DNA of 64,000 nucleotides from Lottia gigantea (Eukaryota): contig NW_008709380.1 in NCBI RefSeq assembly GCF_000327385.1, positions 1,472,552 to 1,536,551 of the forward strand, in the 5' to 3' direction. Each line of letters opens with the position of its first letter. Position 1 is the first letter of the stretch. The position numbers and the translations under genes were made by a program. Of the stretch, positions 50,761 to 64,000 are shown in pieces. The notes beneath the pieces were generated by a model. The model was given only the letters and a program-made list of their open reading frames with translations, was not told where the DNA came from and made no database searches.

Positions 50761-50876
50761 CTACCAGTGGTTACAATCCGTGTCAAGACAATGATGTAGT
50801 TTTACAGTACTTAAATAACTGTCGCTCTTATTTCTTTCAAATAATTAGAACAGACCATAATAAATCAAGATGCATG
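50761..50876 (+). CDS. Candidate next exon (ATSGYNPCQDNDVVLQYLNNCRSYFFQIIRTDHNKSRC-). Further 3' exons were not identified.
   Basis: Acceptor tttgtgtctttgtatttcag is phase-compatible with the giant exon. Donor at|gtaagt. Confidence 0.4.
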
Positions 50877-53639
50877 TAAGTAATAAAATTAAACATTTAG
50901 ATAGAAAGTGTCGCTTTTCAAAATAGCTGTGGTTTCACTTTTTATATATGAGTTATCCCCCTTCCTATATATTCCTCTACCATCGCAAACCGTTGTTCAA
51001 TGTTTTGAATGCTGAATTTTACCAACTATGCATTATGCCTTAGCTTCTTGTGGTGGACACGATAGGGTGTGTTCAGCGAGTGTTATAGGTGGTATTTACC
51101 TTAATAGCATATTATTTAAACAATGTAAAATTGCAAAAGTCTGTAAGAAGTTCATGAAAATTATTGGACTGAGGAAATGAGTTATTTCCTGATATGGGAC
51201 TGGGTAAAGTTAGCCAATAAATACACCTAAAGCACATCGGGTCCCAGCCTACGGCCCTGTTAAATCTAATATTAAATTAATGAATATCATATTCCAGGCA
51301 TCTATTAAATGGTATAATGTGTTTAACTGATAGTATATATGATAAATATAATGTGAGATGTACAGATACAGATGTAGAACACGTCATTAAGCTCAACTCC
51401 CAGTCCATACGGCAGTTCTTCCCATCTTTTGATCCTAACCAGTGTTTGAATTAGAGATTGAACCATTATTTCATGAAACATCAATCGTCATCCCGAATTC
51501 CATGATCAAGTGCAAAGAATGTTAATCTTCGACAAGACGAAGCTGGGTATCACTAGAGAAAGAACTGTAATTTCTTGGAACACCAATCTTACTCCTAGTA
51601 GTTTTAAGATTCTGGTCTTCCTACCTTGTCTTGAGCTTATTCTGACCGCCGTTCTTTCAAAATTGGCTCCTTCTAACACAGCGTCTGTGACTTAATGACA
51701 CTGCTCTGATTTAAATATTGTGTAAATATGAAGAATTATGTACATCTTTAATTCTGATTGAATTCGATTCTGTCCTTTTGAGTAGCCATTGAGGACATTT
51801 TTCGAGTTTTTCAAATAAGTGGTATCTAATGCCAAGAGGACTATTGTAACTGGCTCAGCAACGATAAAATCATGCCGTGCATTACCAATGGCTTTAACAA
51901 GTTATTATTTGTATATACATGTATTTCTTATTTCTATATATCTTATGTAAATAATGCTTCATTCATAATCATTTGATAAATCATCTTATATGGTACTGTC
52001 TTCCCAATAAATCATAATCATATGCTATCTGGTGGTTATTCCATGCTCATTCATTAGTCATATCCGGTTAATAACATATCATGAAATTTCTGATGGCGGT
52101 CTTTCAAAACTTGCATCGATCAGATTTCAAACATTCAAGTGTGCTATATTGTACTCTGGACAAATATTGACGTGTAAGTCTTTACTTTTGGCATTAAATT
52201 TAAATTATTAGTTGGATAACACGATCCAAGTCTACCATCTTTTCTCCGACAATCAAACCTCACAGATTATTAAAACGAGAGACTAGAAATAAGGCTATAA
52301 AACTATAATGAATAATTTAGTAGACAATGCTAACAATTTAGTAGAGTCAATAAAAGCAAGGAGAGAGCTAATTAAACAACTATAAAATTGGTCTATAAAT
52401 ACCCAACTAGCCGTCTAATATGCCCGCCATAAATGGCAAGTAGGCGTGTCCCTTAGACTGCTGCTAATAACCTCTATTTACACATGATCGCTTGAATTGT
52501 GCAAGGCGTTTATAGTCCAAGTCCATAAATTACACCATCCTTTTATAGACTTTAATTGGCATTAAACAATGTGTGAAAACATGGGTCCATTTCCAAGCTA
52601 ATGGCTATAACATCTGTCCATTCAGGATTCTATAATATTTCATTGGCGATAAACATCAAACAACCGTTTTACCTCTATATTTTCATTAGATTCGATGTAT
52701 TAAGGCCACCGTGTGCGAAAGTGGATATATGAGGTAATAGGGGACAGAGGCAATGAGGGGGGTCTTACATGGTGGAAATAAATATACCACACAAATAAAT
52801 TACGTTTGCGAATTGACAAACCCACTCGATGAGTGATTTTAGATTCTCCGGTGGAGTAAGTTTGCAATTCCATTCAATCGACACCCATCGTAAATTATTT
52901 GTTTTCTGTTGTGGAATTACCACTGTACATAACCAAAAAGAATTAAAAGGTGAGTAATTGTCTGAAACTGGACCAATTCAGAGAAAATCTTAGATGATGT
53001 AGTTATTTTGTTCGGATTTCTGCACGGAAATGAGAAAACATTTGAATAAACTGTTTTTAAGTTTATATTCAAACATCTAAAACACAATATCTAAGGAATA
53101 AACAAACACGTATAGAGAAATCAAATAATATTTTCAGCATATTTTTAAAAAATTAGCAAAAAAAGTCAACTTCACTTAAATTTAATTTGAAAGATGGAAA
53201 ATTAATAATAAGAATTATTACGTGGTAAAAAATGTTTATCAAATTAGCAGCTGTCGTTTAAATCAATTCAATTCCAAGAGATTTTCCATTTTTTACAAGA
53301 AATAAAATTATTATGTTTAAAGCTCAGTTAGAAGAAATATCAATCAAGAAGGTTTAGTGCGATATATCAAGCTATAATTAAATTAGTTTCAGACTTGTTC
53401 AAAACGAGTAATAAATGAGTATCCCGTTAGACTCTTTACGGTATTTAGAAGCTAAAAATTGACAAGGTAGTGTTAATTGTTGTTGGCATGTCGTATGTTT
53501 AACGTCTACTGACGAATGTTTCCTGAAGATTTTATACTCCCTGAAGTAAGATTAGAAATTCTTGTCATTAATCTTTTATTTATTCGAACACTGATAACAT
53601 AAAGCACATTCGCCTATTCGAAATTTTTTTATGAAAAGG

Positions 53640-55080
53640 GTACTGCAAAAAATCGAGGATAGATCCAGATAGAAAAAAAAAATCAACAACAATAGACAGA
53701 AACAACCAGCGAACCATCATCTTCAACAATAGACGGAAACAACTAGAGAACCACATCAACCAATAGATATAAACAACTAGAGAACCACATCAACAACAAT
53801 AGATATAAACAACTAGAGAACAACAATCAACAACAATAGATATAAACAACTAGAGAACCACATCAACAACAATAGACGGAAACAATGACAGAACCACAAT
53901 CAACAACAATAGATATAAACAACTAGAGAACAACAATCAACAACAATAGATATAAACAACTAGAGAACAACAATCAACAACAATAGATATAAACAACTAG
54001 AGAACAACAATCAACAACAATAGATATAAACAACTAGATAACAAAAATCAACAACAATAGATATAAACAACTAAAGAACAACAATCAACAACAATAGATA
54101 TAAACAACTAGAGAACAACAATCAACAACAATAGATATAAACAACTAGAGAACAACAATCAACAACAATAGATATAAACAACTAGAGAACAACAATCAAC
54201 AACAATAGATATAAACAACTAGAGAACAACAATCAACAACAATAGATATAAACAACTAGATAACAACAATCAACAACAATAGATATAAACAACTAAAGAA
54301 CAACACTCAACAACAATAGATATAAACAACTAGAGAACAACAATCAACAACAATAGATATAAACAACTAGAGAACAACAATCAACAACAATAGATATAAA
54401 CAACTAGAGAACAACAATCAACAACAATAGATATAAACAACTAGAGAACCACATCAACAACAATAGACGGAAACAATGACAGAACCACAATCAACAACAA
54501 TAGACAGGGGCAACTAGAGAACTACTATCAACAACAATAGATATAAACAACTAGAGAACAACAATCAACAACAATAGACAGGGGCAACTAGAGAACTACT
54601 ATCAATAACAATAACAGAAACAACCAGAGATCTACCATCAGCGACTATAAATTGAGACAACTAAAGAATCACCGACAACAACAATAGACAGAAACAACTA
54701 GAGAGCTACTATTAACAACATTAAACAGAAACAATTAGAGAACTATCATCGACAACATTAGATACAAACAACTAGAAACCACCATCAAAAACAATGACGG
54801 AAACTACAATCAACAATAATAGGCAGAAACAGCCAGAGAACCACCATCAACAACAATGATAGAAGCAACTAAAGAATCGCCATCAGTAACAACTAAAGAA
54901 CTAATAACAACAACATTAGACAGAAACAACTAGAGAACTACTATCAACAACTATCACAGAAACAACCAGAGAACTACCATCAACAGCAACGGAGAGAAAC
55001 ATTTAGAAAACCACCATCAACAACAATAGACAGAAACAACCCAAGAACTACCATACACAACAACAATAGACAGAAACTTT
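53640..55080. repeat. Intergenic minisatellite of about 37 copies of a 37-bp unit (atcaacaacaatagatataaacaactagagaacaaca), degenerate at both ends.
   Basis: Read directly. Confidence 0.9.
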
Positions 55081-58000
55081 CTTCGACTTCGACAAAAGAA
55101 CATAAAATACCACCTACCAAGATACTTGTATCCAAATAAGCAATTATCATTTTCCTGCGACGTAGATAATGATCATTTGTGTTGTTTTACTTGGTAAATA
55201 TATATCACTGAAATTAGATTATGTAATGAACATTAGTGATAAATGTTGCCTTTTCAAATTTTGCTTGGATGAACATTCTTTCTGATTATCTGTCGACAAT
55301 GTTGTAGAATATTTGTCATTTGCTCGTTAATTATCCTACAACGTCTACTTTCGTTTTTTATTCTATATATAATGTGTGAACGTTTGCTGGAATTGAGTGA
55401 GAGAGAGACGGAAAATAAGAGACATTATTGACAGTCCACATTAAATATACATGATCCTTTTTCTAACAATTTACGTTTCGTAGACGATTTTCCATTTCAG
55501 TGTGGCTTTTCGTTCAAATTAACGTCACTCCATCCATTTATTGTTCTCTCTTGGGATTAAAGTCCCATGAAGTCACGAGTGTCAGTACACATTTATTTCA
55601 GCAACTCAGTGTCTTGAAGATTTTTCTTACCCTGAAGTGAGTTGCAATTTACAACATCGAGAAAAAGCATTCAAACCAATTTCCATGCTGACAAGTACGT
55701 TCCATTTTCAATGAAGAGGCTCTGGCGTAATTCAACGGCGTCTCTGCACTTTTAGTTGTAAAACGCCTTTACTCAAAAACACAAATACTTCCTCCGTAAA
55801 CAAAGTAAACGAACCGTTTATAATTCCATTTGCGTTTCTCACAAACAAGTACAGTTGATTTCATTTGATTTCTGTTCTATTAGAAATGAAAGTGTTTATG
55901 TATTTACTGCATGACCAAATTTATTCGCAAATTTTTCTTCCATCCGCGGTGTGATTGGAGTAGGAAATAAAAAATAAGGAAGGTGATAATGTAAGATCTA
56001 TTGTTTCCAGTCAAGTAGCAAATTATCACTTGTTCCTTTACACTTTCCGCTAGCCACATCATCAAGTACTTCTACTCTAATTCAACTAGACACCTCATAA
56101 ATGACAATGAGTAATGGTAATGTTCCCCTCTCAATATTAACTTATATTATTGTTCTGTTGACAGCCAATTACTAACTTATTACTTTGTACCATTAGTCAA
56201 TTTTTATTCGCGTGGCAGCGCATCGTTTTCTGTTATACCTACTTAAATTTCAGCCCTAGTTTTGTACTGTAGTAAGACTTTCAGCATGGAGATCGACACT
56301 AATAGCAAGGAACAATTAGGCATAAATCACGAGAGATTGAATTAATCTGGTTGTATCTCATGAATTTTACCATTGTGGTAGTGGCGGGTGTCGCGCGCGA
56401 AGCAGACCATGCTCCCTTTTTTTTCGAAACACCTGATGGTACTTCTCTTTGGAGGAGTCTACTACCACACAACTTTTACTCCTTATTTTGCCATGCTTTG
56501 GATGGGATTTTGATAAACGGAATTGTCTTGCTTGTACGGATTTTTTATTGAAAGTTAGTTATCACAAAATCCACTCAGGCTTTCAATACACGTTAGTGAT
56601 AGCGTCTACGAGCATCTGACACGATTGCATACGACTTCTGAGAAAATCTTGATTTATTTCAAACAGAACACCGATAGAACGATTTCGCCGCCATAAATTC
56701 AAATTATTTTCACTTTGCGCCACGGTATTTGCAAATGGTTACATAATGCTACTATGATTTATTGACTGTTTTAGCAATATGTTTATTGCATAGTTCCGCA
56801 GTAAATATATAACTCACGTGATAAATGAAAACGAGGCATGTGGAAAACCGCCCTGATTTATTGCCATGATGACGGCTACTATCAGCAGGTTGTTCATGGA
56901 ATAATTCACCGTAACCATGGTTTTAGTGTACAAACAATATTCTTGGTAGGAGGTCAGTGTTGGTATATCATCATCTGAACTTCAGGTCAAAGATCAAACT
57001 CAAAGCAATAACTTTCCCCGAGTCTTGAACATCCATTTTCTTATTATTTACTTCAGGCACTGAAAACTGTCGTTCCCTCTGTTAGGCTTGATATGTAATC
57101 GTATATCTCAGGATGCGTCTTGCTTGGACAGATTGATTGAGTTTTGAAATGTTCACTGCTGTGCAATTTCCTTAAATCAGTTATGGGCCTGTATATTTTT
57201 ATATGCTATCTTTTAAAGTAAAGGTGCATCAAAAATGGACCTACTGGAAGAAATGGCACAAATGAACATGTTAATGTTCCAATAAAATCATATACGTCGA
57301 CGTCCAGTGAAATTGATTTGACGTATATGTTCTGCGCTGGTCGCTACATCGATTTTCTTTTGAAATAATTTATTGACATACCAAACTGAATAAATGTCTT
57401 GAAGAAATTGAATATCTGTTAGAGACTGTTTTCTTTCAAAAGAAGAAATACGCCAGAACATCGTCAGTCATCACACATTTTATCTAAAATAAACTTGATT
57501 ACAAGCTAACTAGCTGGAAGTCAACTCTTTTAGATTATACGTACTTTAACCATCAACATTCTTTAAAATAGCTGATAATAAACGCTTGTTTCATTTTACT
57601 CTATCATAATCATAATTCATACCACTAAATAAGTAGGAAAATATCAAACTTCAAACAGATACTATCTCCACTTCCTGTCACTATACCAGCATGCCATGCA
57701 CGGGAGATCGCACTTTGACCCCAATATCTACCGTTAACGACCTGTGACGTCACTAATTTTTTCCATGATCAAAGAGTCAATAATTAGGTTTAAAATGAAG
57801 AGAAGAAGAAAATTATGAAATTTAAAAATATGATGAAATGTTTGAATGAGATAAGAAGGAGATATATCAATTTTATCCTAAATGACTATATTTCAGCAGT
57901 TATTTTTGTCTAATCTCCTCTCCCATCTACCCTAATAGACATTTTAACATGATAACATGCCGCGTTTTATTTATAAATTTCTCAGTATTTTACCGCTTTT

Positions 58001-61000
58001 TTATCCGTTAATTATCATTGTGAAATATGCACATATTGAGTTGATTTAAACCTTGTGTTTGTATACAGTTATGATGATTAAAGTTTTGAAAAATCCATGA
58101 TTGTTTTAGCTTTTGAAAGATATGCCTGTATAGATATAGCCGTCTACACGTGTGAATTATTTCTTCATGACAGAATTATGTTAATTTCACCCATATCCAC
58201 ACCATATCAATGTTCCCTAATAAACTCAAGACATCAAGAATGAAACTTTAGGTTTAACTTTGAATTAATCCTAGAAATCACTAAAGACTGAATAAAGGTT
58301 CCACCACTTTCACTTTCATAGACATAACTGTTCTTAAATTTAATCGTGTCTTGGCTCATATCGAGTCATAGGTAATTCCTTTTGTCCACCATCATCAGAT
58401 GTTAAGAAATTTCAGATGAACCAACATTAAACGTGTGAATTGGCAGAAAATGTGCTTTGTTTAAAAATTGTTAATCTGTAGAACGTTTGACTTCAATTAA
58501 TTGTTAAAAGTTAGATATAGATATGTAATTCCTAGTTTTGAAAATGGGATGAGACAAGGTTTCCAATTGACCTTCTTTTTTACATTTAGGTATTAATGAT
58601 ATGATTTTCTCAACTAAGTCTAAGATAGTGGTTGAATTTTTACACTAACTGTAAAAGTGCATAGAATGTAATTTCTAATTTTGAATATGGGGTGAGACAA
58701 GGTTTCCACTTGTGAACTTCTCTTTTACATTATATTTACAATTACGATTTGAGTTGTCTGGAGCTTGCTGTTGGTTGGTTATTGGTTCGTTCGAGGAAGA
58801 TTTGAAAATTTAGCCTTTGTATGAATTTGCTTTGGTCAACTATAAAACGGAAGAAAGAAACGACTATCGAATCTTTTTGAACAATTTTCAAGGGAAAAGT
58901 ATTTACTAATTATTTTGTGATTCTCCCTACTGCTTTTTAATTCTACAATTTTCTAAATAGGCTTATCACCCCTAAATCCCTCTTTTCTTTAAGAAAGGTT
59001 TAAGGTGTCTTGTATTAAATCCAGCTGCTCTACTATTAATATATGGCCGTATCGAATCCATACAGAAGCCCTTTAATTATAGCTTCATTTTACCTTAAAC
59101 TTCGCCAATTATAAGCACATTTACTCAGCTAGACGATTTCAGAGGTTATCCGATTACATCATCACAAATCCAGGAACGGTTACGGTCGTCTCATCGCCTT
59201 AATTTTCTCAAACTATTTTTAAAGTCTCGATCATTTTCCCCTTTTACGCTATAAAGCGTTTTGTTTTATAAAAAATTTACTAGCTAATAGAACCTTATGT
59301 CCCTTCTAGTTTTTAACTTTTTACGGGAGGTAACTCGTATTAAAACATTTATTGAAACTTTTAAGGTATATTAATTTAACGATCCATAAAAGGGTCTTAC
59401 ATTGGGAAATTGCTGTGTCTTTAGCACCTGTTCTGTAAAGTCTAGAAGTTTTGTAAGAGCATGAAGTATAGGCCTACAAATACATGTCATGAAAATTAAT
59501 TAATTATCCCAAATGAATTATTTCATTTAACACATCATGACAACAAAGGCTTGAAGATGTAATAGTGTACGTCATTTAACACACACTTCAATAGAAGCGC
59601 GTTAAATAAAGAGACAGCAGTAAATTATAGGGTATGCTTACTTAATCACAGCCGTTGGTGGCTTTCCTATTCTACCTTTCCAGATAATAAAATCTTAGTA
59701 TAATTTGAAACCATTATACCACTTATTAGCTTCGCATCGCTTGCTGAATTACTAAGAGCTCTATGTCTGTAACGACTGTTTTAACTGGTTAAACGTTTGT
59801 GACGTCATATCATGTGATTTATGTCTGAACTGTGACCCCTGCGATGTGTTTTTCAAAAGGCTTGATTGTGTTTGTGAAAGAAAGTCTGTCGGTAAGGGTT
59901 AAAATACAACATGAATTAAGAAAGCATCTTTAAGATATATAATGATATCTCATTACCGTCTAATGATTCTACTCATTATACCCCAGTCTAATTGACAAAT
60001 AACGGTCTGTGTGATTTATAGAGCACGTCTGTCAAAGAAAAACACAGACTTTTAAGATTCGATTAATGCTATTGATATTGCAGGAAACATCTATTTAAAG
60101 GACTATTGAGTAGATCTTTAACACAACAATTTTTATTTTTCTGAACGTTCTGTTCTATCGTAAATCGAGTATACTTCCAAAAATTAAATTTTGTTTCAAT
60201 ACAATCCGTAAATTCTTGATGTTGCAAAGACATGGCATCTCATTCAAGGTCCATTTTAATTTCAGGAAAAGCCTTATGAATATGCAAATCAACTTAATCC
60301 AACAACATTTTATTTCTGTACGATCTGATCTATTGTCAATCGAGTGTACTGCCAAGATCTTTAAGTAGAAAAACCGTAAAGTCACGAAAGGCATGTAAGG
60401 CCCAATTGTTAACCATTAAAGTACTGGAAAAGCCTGATGAATATTCAAAATAACGAAGCCCAATCCCTTTATTTTACGAGATGATTAGCCCCATGAATAA
60501 GCAAAAGAAAATTGTCGACTCATTTGCTATTATTAAAAACTGGAACAGCTACATGAATATGTAACGAAACTTAAACCATTTGAATCATTTTCTAATCTAC
60601 TTTGATGACAGAAAGCTGCATGAATATGCAAAGAAACATAACCCCAATTGAATTCCTTTGATAAGCTGATTTGAATACAAGAAAGTTGCATGAATATGCA
60701 ATTATAATTCATCCATTACTAGACCCCCAACTCCAATTCTTTTTTGAAGATCAGCATATCAACATTTCAACAATAAACATATTTTTAAAAACCTGATCTG
60801 AATATAGAGTTATTTTTCTATCACCTGATATTATAATGGAGTTACCAGTTAAAGTATTTGGTAGAACTGCTTGGGTCATTGCGTAAATTTACCTCTGTAA
60901 ATCATCTTGTAAGGGGAGACGACTCAACTGTCAAAGTAATTGAAACAGCAGACCGTTTTGCCTGCTTTACTGTCATAATTTAAACAACAATACTCCTATT

Positions 61001-62014
61001 GCACAAAACATACATAATTAAATTATCTCAACTAGATTTAATAGATTTACCATTTATTAACTAACCATGCATTTATATAGCGGATTAGTTTACCCAATGA
61101 CTGCGGTTATCGTGAGAAGATATTGAAGTGACGGAGATAGGATTGTATTAGGATGGGTAGATCTGTTTTCATTTTGATAATCTCAATTCACTTACGTTAG
61201 ATAGTAATATATATGGCTTTAGTCTTTGCAACTGAGGTGGCTCCAAACTCCGATATTGGTAATATGTAGCCACATTTTAAGATTAGTAAATTGCAAACGA
61301 ATAAGTTGGAATACCTACGCAATGCATGTATTATTTAGTCATTTATTAATTGTTGGGAGTAAATGGACAAATTCCATCCTGCTACTAAACTTTATACCAC
61401 AGCGTATCTCAAATTATTGCTCAATACAGACTCCATTGCACACAACATGGCTTTATCTTCTTCTGTATTAGATAAGGGGGTAGCCGGACTCAATAAGGTG
61501 ATATGTATCGTGTGTCCATGGTCTTGACAATGAATCAGAATTTGGTAAGATGGATCACGAAGGAAGCTTAGTAAAAAAATATTCATTATGATTGAATGTA
61601 TTTATTAATGATGTTTCTATTTTATAAATACTATAATAACCGTATTTAGGTTAAATGAGTATTAATTAAATAACAGAAGGACAATTATAATAACATTATA
61701 ATACATTTGGCAAATATTTCATAATCAACATTATAGGAGATTGTTATGAGACTGCTTTGAATACAGTTCAATAAAACATGATTCCTTCGAGTTATGTTCT
61801 TACAATGGAACTCTCCATACACATCGCACTGAGCACTGGTTTGCATTATGTTACAGCGTCTTCATCTAAGAGGAGCACGACATTTTAATGATGGCTGAAT
61901 TTGATGTCTTGTTTCCAAATGGAGGAAATCGCCCGGCTTGCAACGGGCTTGCGATTGAGGGCTTGACTAAGTAAATTCTAAACACTTGATTCCATGGTAA
62001 AATAAAGTGTCTCT

Positions 62015-62484
62015 TCACGAATTGTGTTCATCACTGACTTCAATATCTTCGTCGTCGTCATCTGACATATTTCCGTTATCTTTTGTCGGGCTTCTTTCCG
62101 AGCAAGCAATACTGGATGTTGGAGAATGACTGCGACTCGAGTTATGATTTCCTATAATAAGAGTTTCTGTCACTTTTGAAATATCAACAGCCAAAGGTAA
62201 CGTTGGATCAATAGATTTTGTAGCTGTAACGTCATTTTTCAATTCTTCTAAATCACGTTTCAGTTTTGCACGTCTGTTTTGAAACCACGTTATCACTTGC
62301 GCGTTTGTTAGTCCAAGACTTTGAGCGATTTCATCACGATCCGCTGGAGTTAAATATTTCTGATAAAGAAAACGCTTTTCGAGTTCATAAATTTGTTGAT
62401 TTGTAAAAGCTGTTCTGGATTTGCGTCGTTTTTTCGGTGGTTGATTTTTACCAAACAGTGCAGACTGCTCTCGTCTTTTGGCAT
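62015..62484 (-). CDS. LBX: Lbx (ladybird homeobox) exon 2: homeodomain KKRRKSRTAFTNQQIYELEKRFLYQKYLTPADRDEIAQSLGLTNAQVITWFQNRRAKLKRDLEELKNDV plus a Ser-rich/acidic C-terminus and stop.
   Basis: Near-identical to the human LBX1 homeodomain (KKRRKSRTAFTNHQIYELEKRFLYQKYLSPADRDQIAQQLGLTNAQVITWFQNRRAKLKRDLEEMKADV, recalled from memory). Acceptor tttttcag at 62485-62492 (minus strand), phase 1. Exon 1 was not found within the window. Confidence 0.9.
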
Positions 62485-64000
62485 CTGAAAAATAGAAGAT
62501 TTTGGAATAATTAATAAGATGCAATTTTTTTTTAAAAAAAATCTTGTTTTGGAATAGCTATATATAAGAGTGCAAGCTAGCTCAATATATAATCCGTGTA
62601 CACGTATTTTGGAAGCATAACATGTGACAGCAGTGCTCGTATATAGTGCACGAAAGTTTCTTGAGTTTTTGACTGACACGTCGCACATTATCGACATACG
62701 ACAGAAAGCAAGGCATATTTTATCCTAGATTTTAATAATTCATATTCCTTTCATAAAAACAAGACAGGTGATGAGGTTTTATCATGATCATACTTTATTC
62801 TCGTCATTTATCATGATCGAGAATCCAATATGGCGGCTACCTATTTTCTAGACACCCCTGTCATGTTGGACATACGCCTTGGATAAAAACGCCTGTTACA
62901 AACTGTCAAAGATTAAAGACAACCGCCTATGCTCGCGGCGAGTGTTAGAAGTGTACAATTTAGTTATTATAATATACCAATTAAATATATCATTATGTTA
63001 ATAATAGGTCGAGAAAACTTTTTATATTATATGACGTTAGCCAACTTCATTATTTTCTGTAATGTGCTTACTCCGCGGTCCGCGCCATACAAGCTACAAC
63101 TAAGAATTGATAGAGATCGTTTGTTGATCAAAAACGCTTAGCCTACGTAGCTTATGTTCATATATTTATTTATTCATCTTAAATATATTTTTTCTAAAAT
63201 TTCGAAAAAGTACACCGGTAATAAATTCACAAAATATTCATTATTAAATATTCTTAAAAAGCTAGCTTGTTATCGCTCTTTACATTAACATAAAACACAC
63301 TTTTTATAGTTTTTCTACGACAAATTCCATGTCACATTTTTAATAATTTTATTCAAATTTAATCCTATAAAAGAAAAAATTTAGAATTAATTTATTTTAC
63401 ACACTTTTTCGCCTAAACCTCTTGAACCTACATTGAAATTTTATTTTATTGTTCATTTTTCTTTAATTTATATCAATTTGCAAAATAAATCTCTGTGATT
63501 ATTCCCAATTGCAGTCAATAATTGTATTCAAACGATAACGTTATGTTTGGGTCGAAGCGTTGGTTTGGGGAGACTTGCATGACATGTATATATCGAAATA
63601 TGGGTACATTGGGAAATTGTTTTGAACCCCTACCTCTTTGACCCGGCACTATTGCTGACACAAATTGATCTGCTAAAGTACAAAAAATCGATTCACGCTG
63701 CCGTCAAGGGAACACAAAGTCAATCGATAACCAGGATAAAATTCATTGAAATACAAAACTTTCAATCGATTTTTCAATAACATCAGTATTATTAAATATA
63801 ATTATTCACTTAACCCTTTACATGGTGCTGCTTTCATTAACCCCTTGAGTGCGTATCTATTAGCGGTTAATAATTAAAAGTTTGGATTTTAAGGAGAATC
63901 AACTGTAATTGAACCCATCATTTTAACCCATCAAAGGCTTCACAGAAATTCCCTTATACTTTGACTAATCCATAAAGCCTAAAATTACCAGAAATTGCTC

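Noticed and set aside
51510-51695. 61-aa ORF with a hydrophobic stretch downstream of the SEA gene
   Set aside because: It has no splice-site support or homology, and it is too short to tell apart from chance ORFs at this AT content.
57734-59813. Two perfect CRE palindromes TGACGTCA (57734-57741 and 59806-59813) in the Lbx-flanking gene-poor region
   Set aside because: About one occurrence is expected by chance in 64 kb. Without conservation data they cannot be called regulatory.

Overview
This window is eukaryotic (metazoan) nuclear DNA. It is AT-rich and intron-dense with short exons, so there are no prokaryotic operons, CRISPR arrays or defence islands to report. By reading splice sites and comparing translated exons with protein families recalled from memory, I find five protein-coding loci. 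(1) A dysbindin/DTNBP1-like gene (BLOC-1 subunit) on the + strand, 8 exons, 7172-10688. (2) An FBXO31-like F-box gene on the - strand, 12082-16024. (3) A TEP1 orthologue on the - strand (telomerase-associated protein 1 / vault component: TROVE, DUF4062, NACHT and a long WD40 array), spanning roughly 18.8-42.2 kb with more than 50 small exons. (4) A + strand gene with no recognisable orthologue. It encodes a type-II membrane anchor, an SEA domain, and then a giant 3.17-kb exon for a disordered Thr-rich (mucin-like), His-rich, heavily N-glycosylated and acidic polypeptide (44442 to at least 50876). (5) The homeobox-containing second exon of an Lbx (ladybird) gene on the - strand, 62015-62484, whose first exon is probably beyond the window. 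The remaining sequence is intronic or intergenic and holds numerous minisatellites. Three of these arrays abut splice sites and are built from copies of the adjacent exon end plus its splice signal (TEP1 intron, FBXO31 exon 3, and the SEA-gene intron). I consider that recurring pattern and the SEA/His-rich gene the most interesting items. I recognised no rRNA, tRNA or transposon coding sequence.
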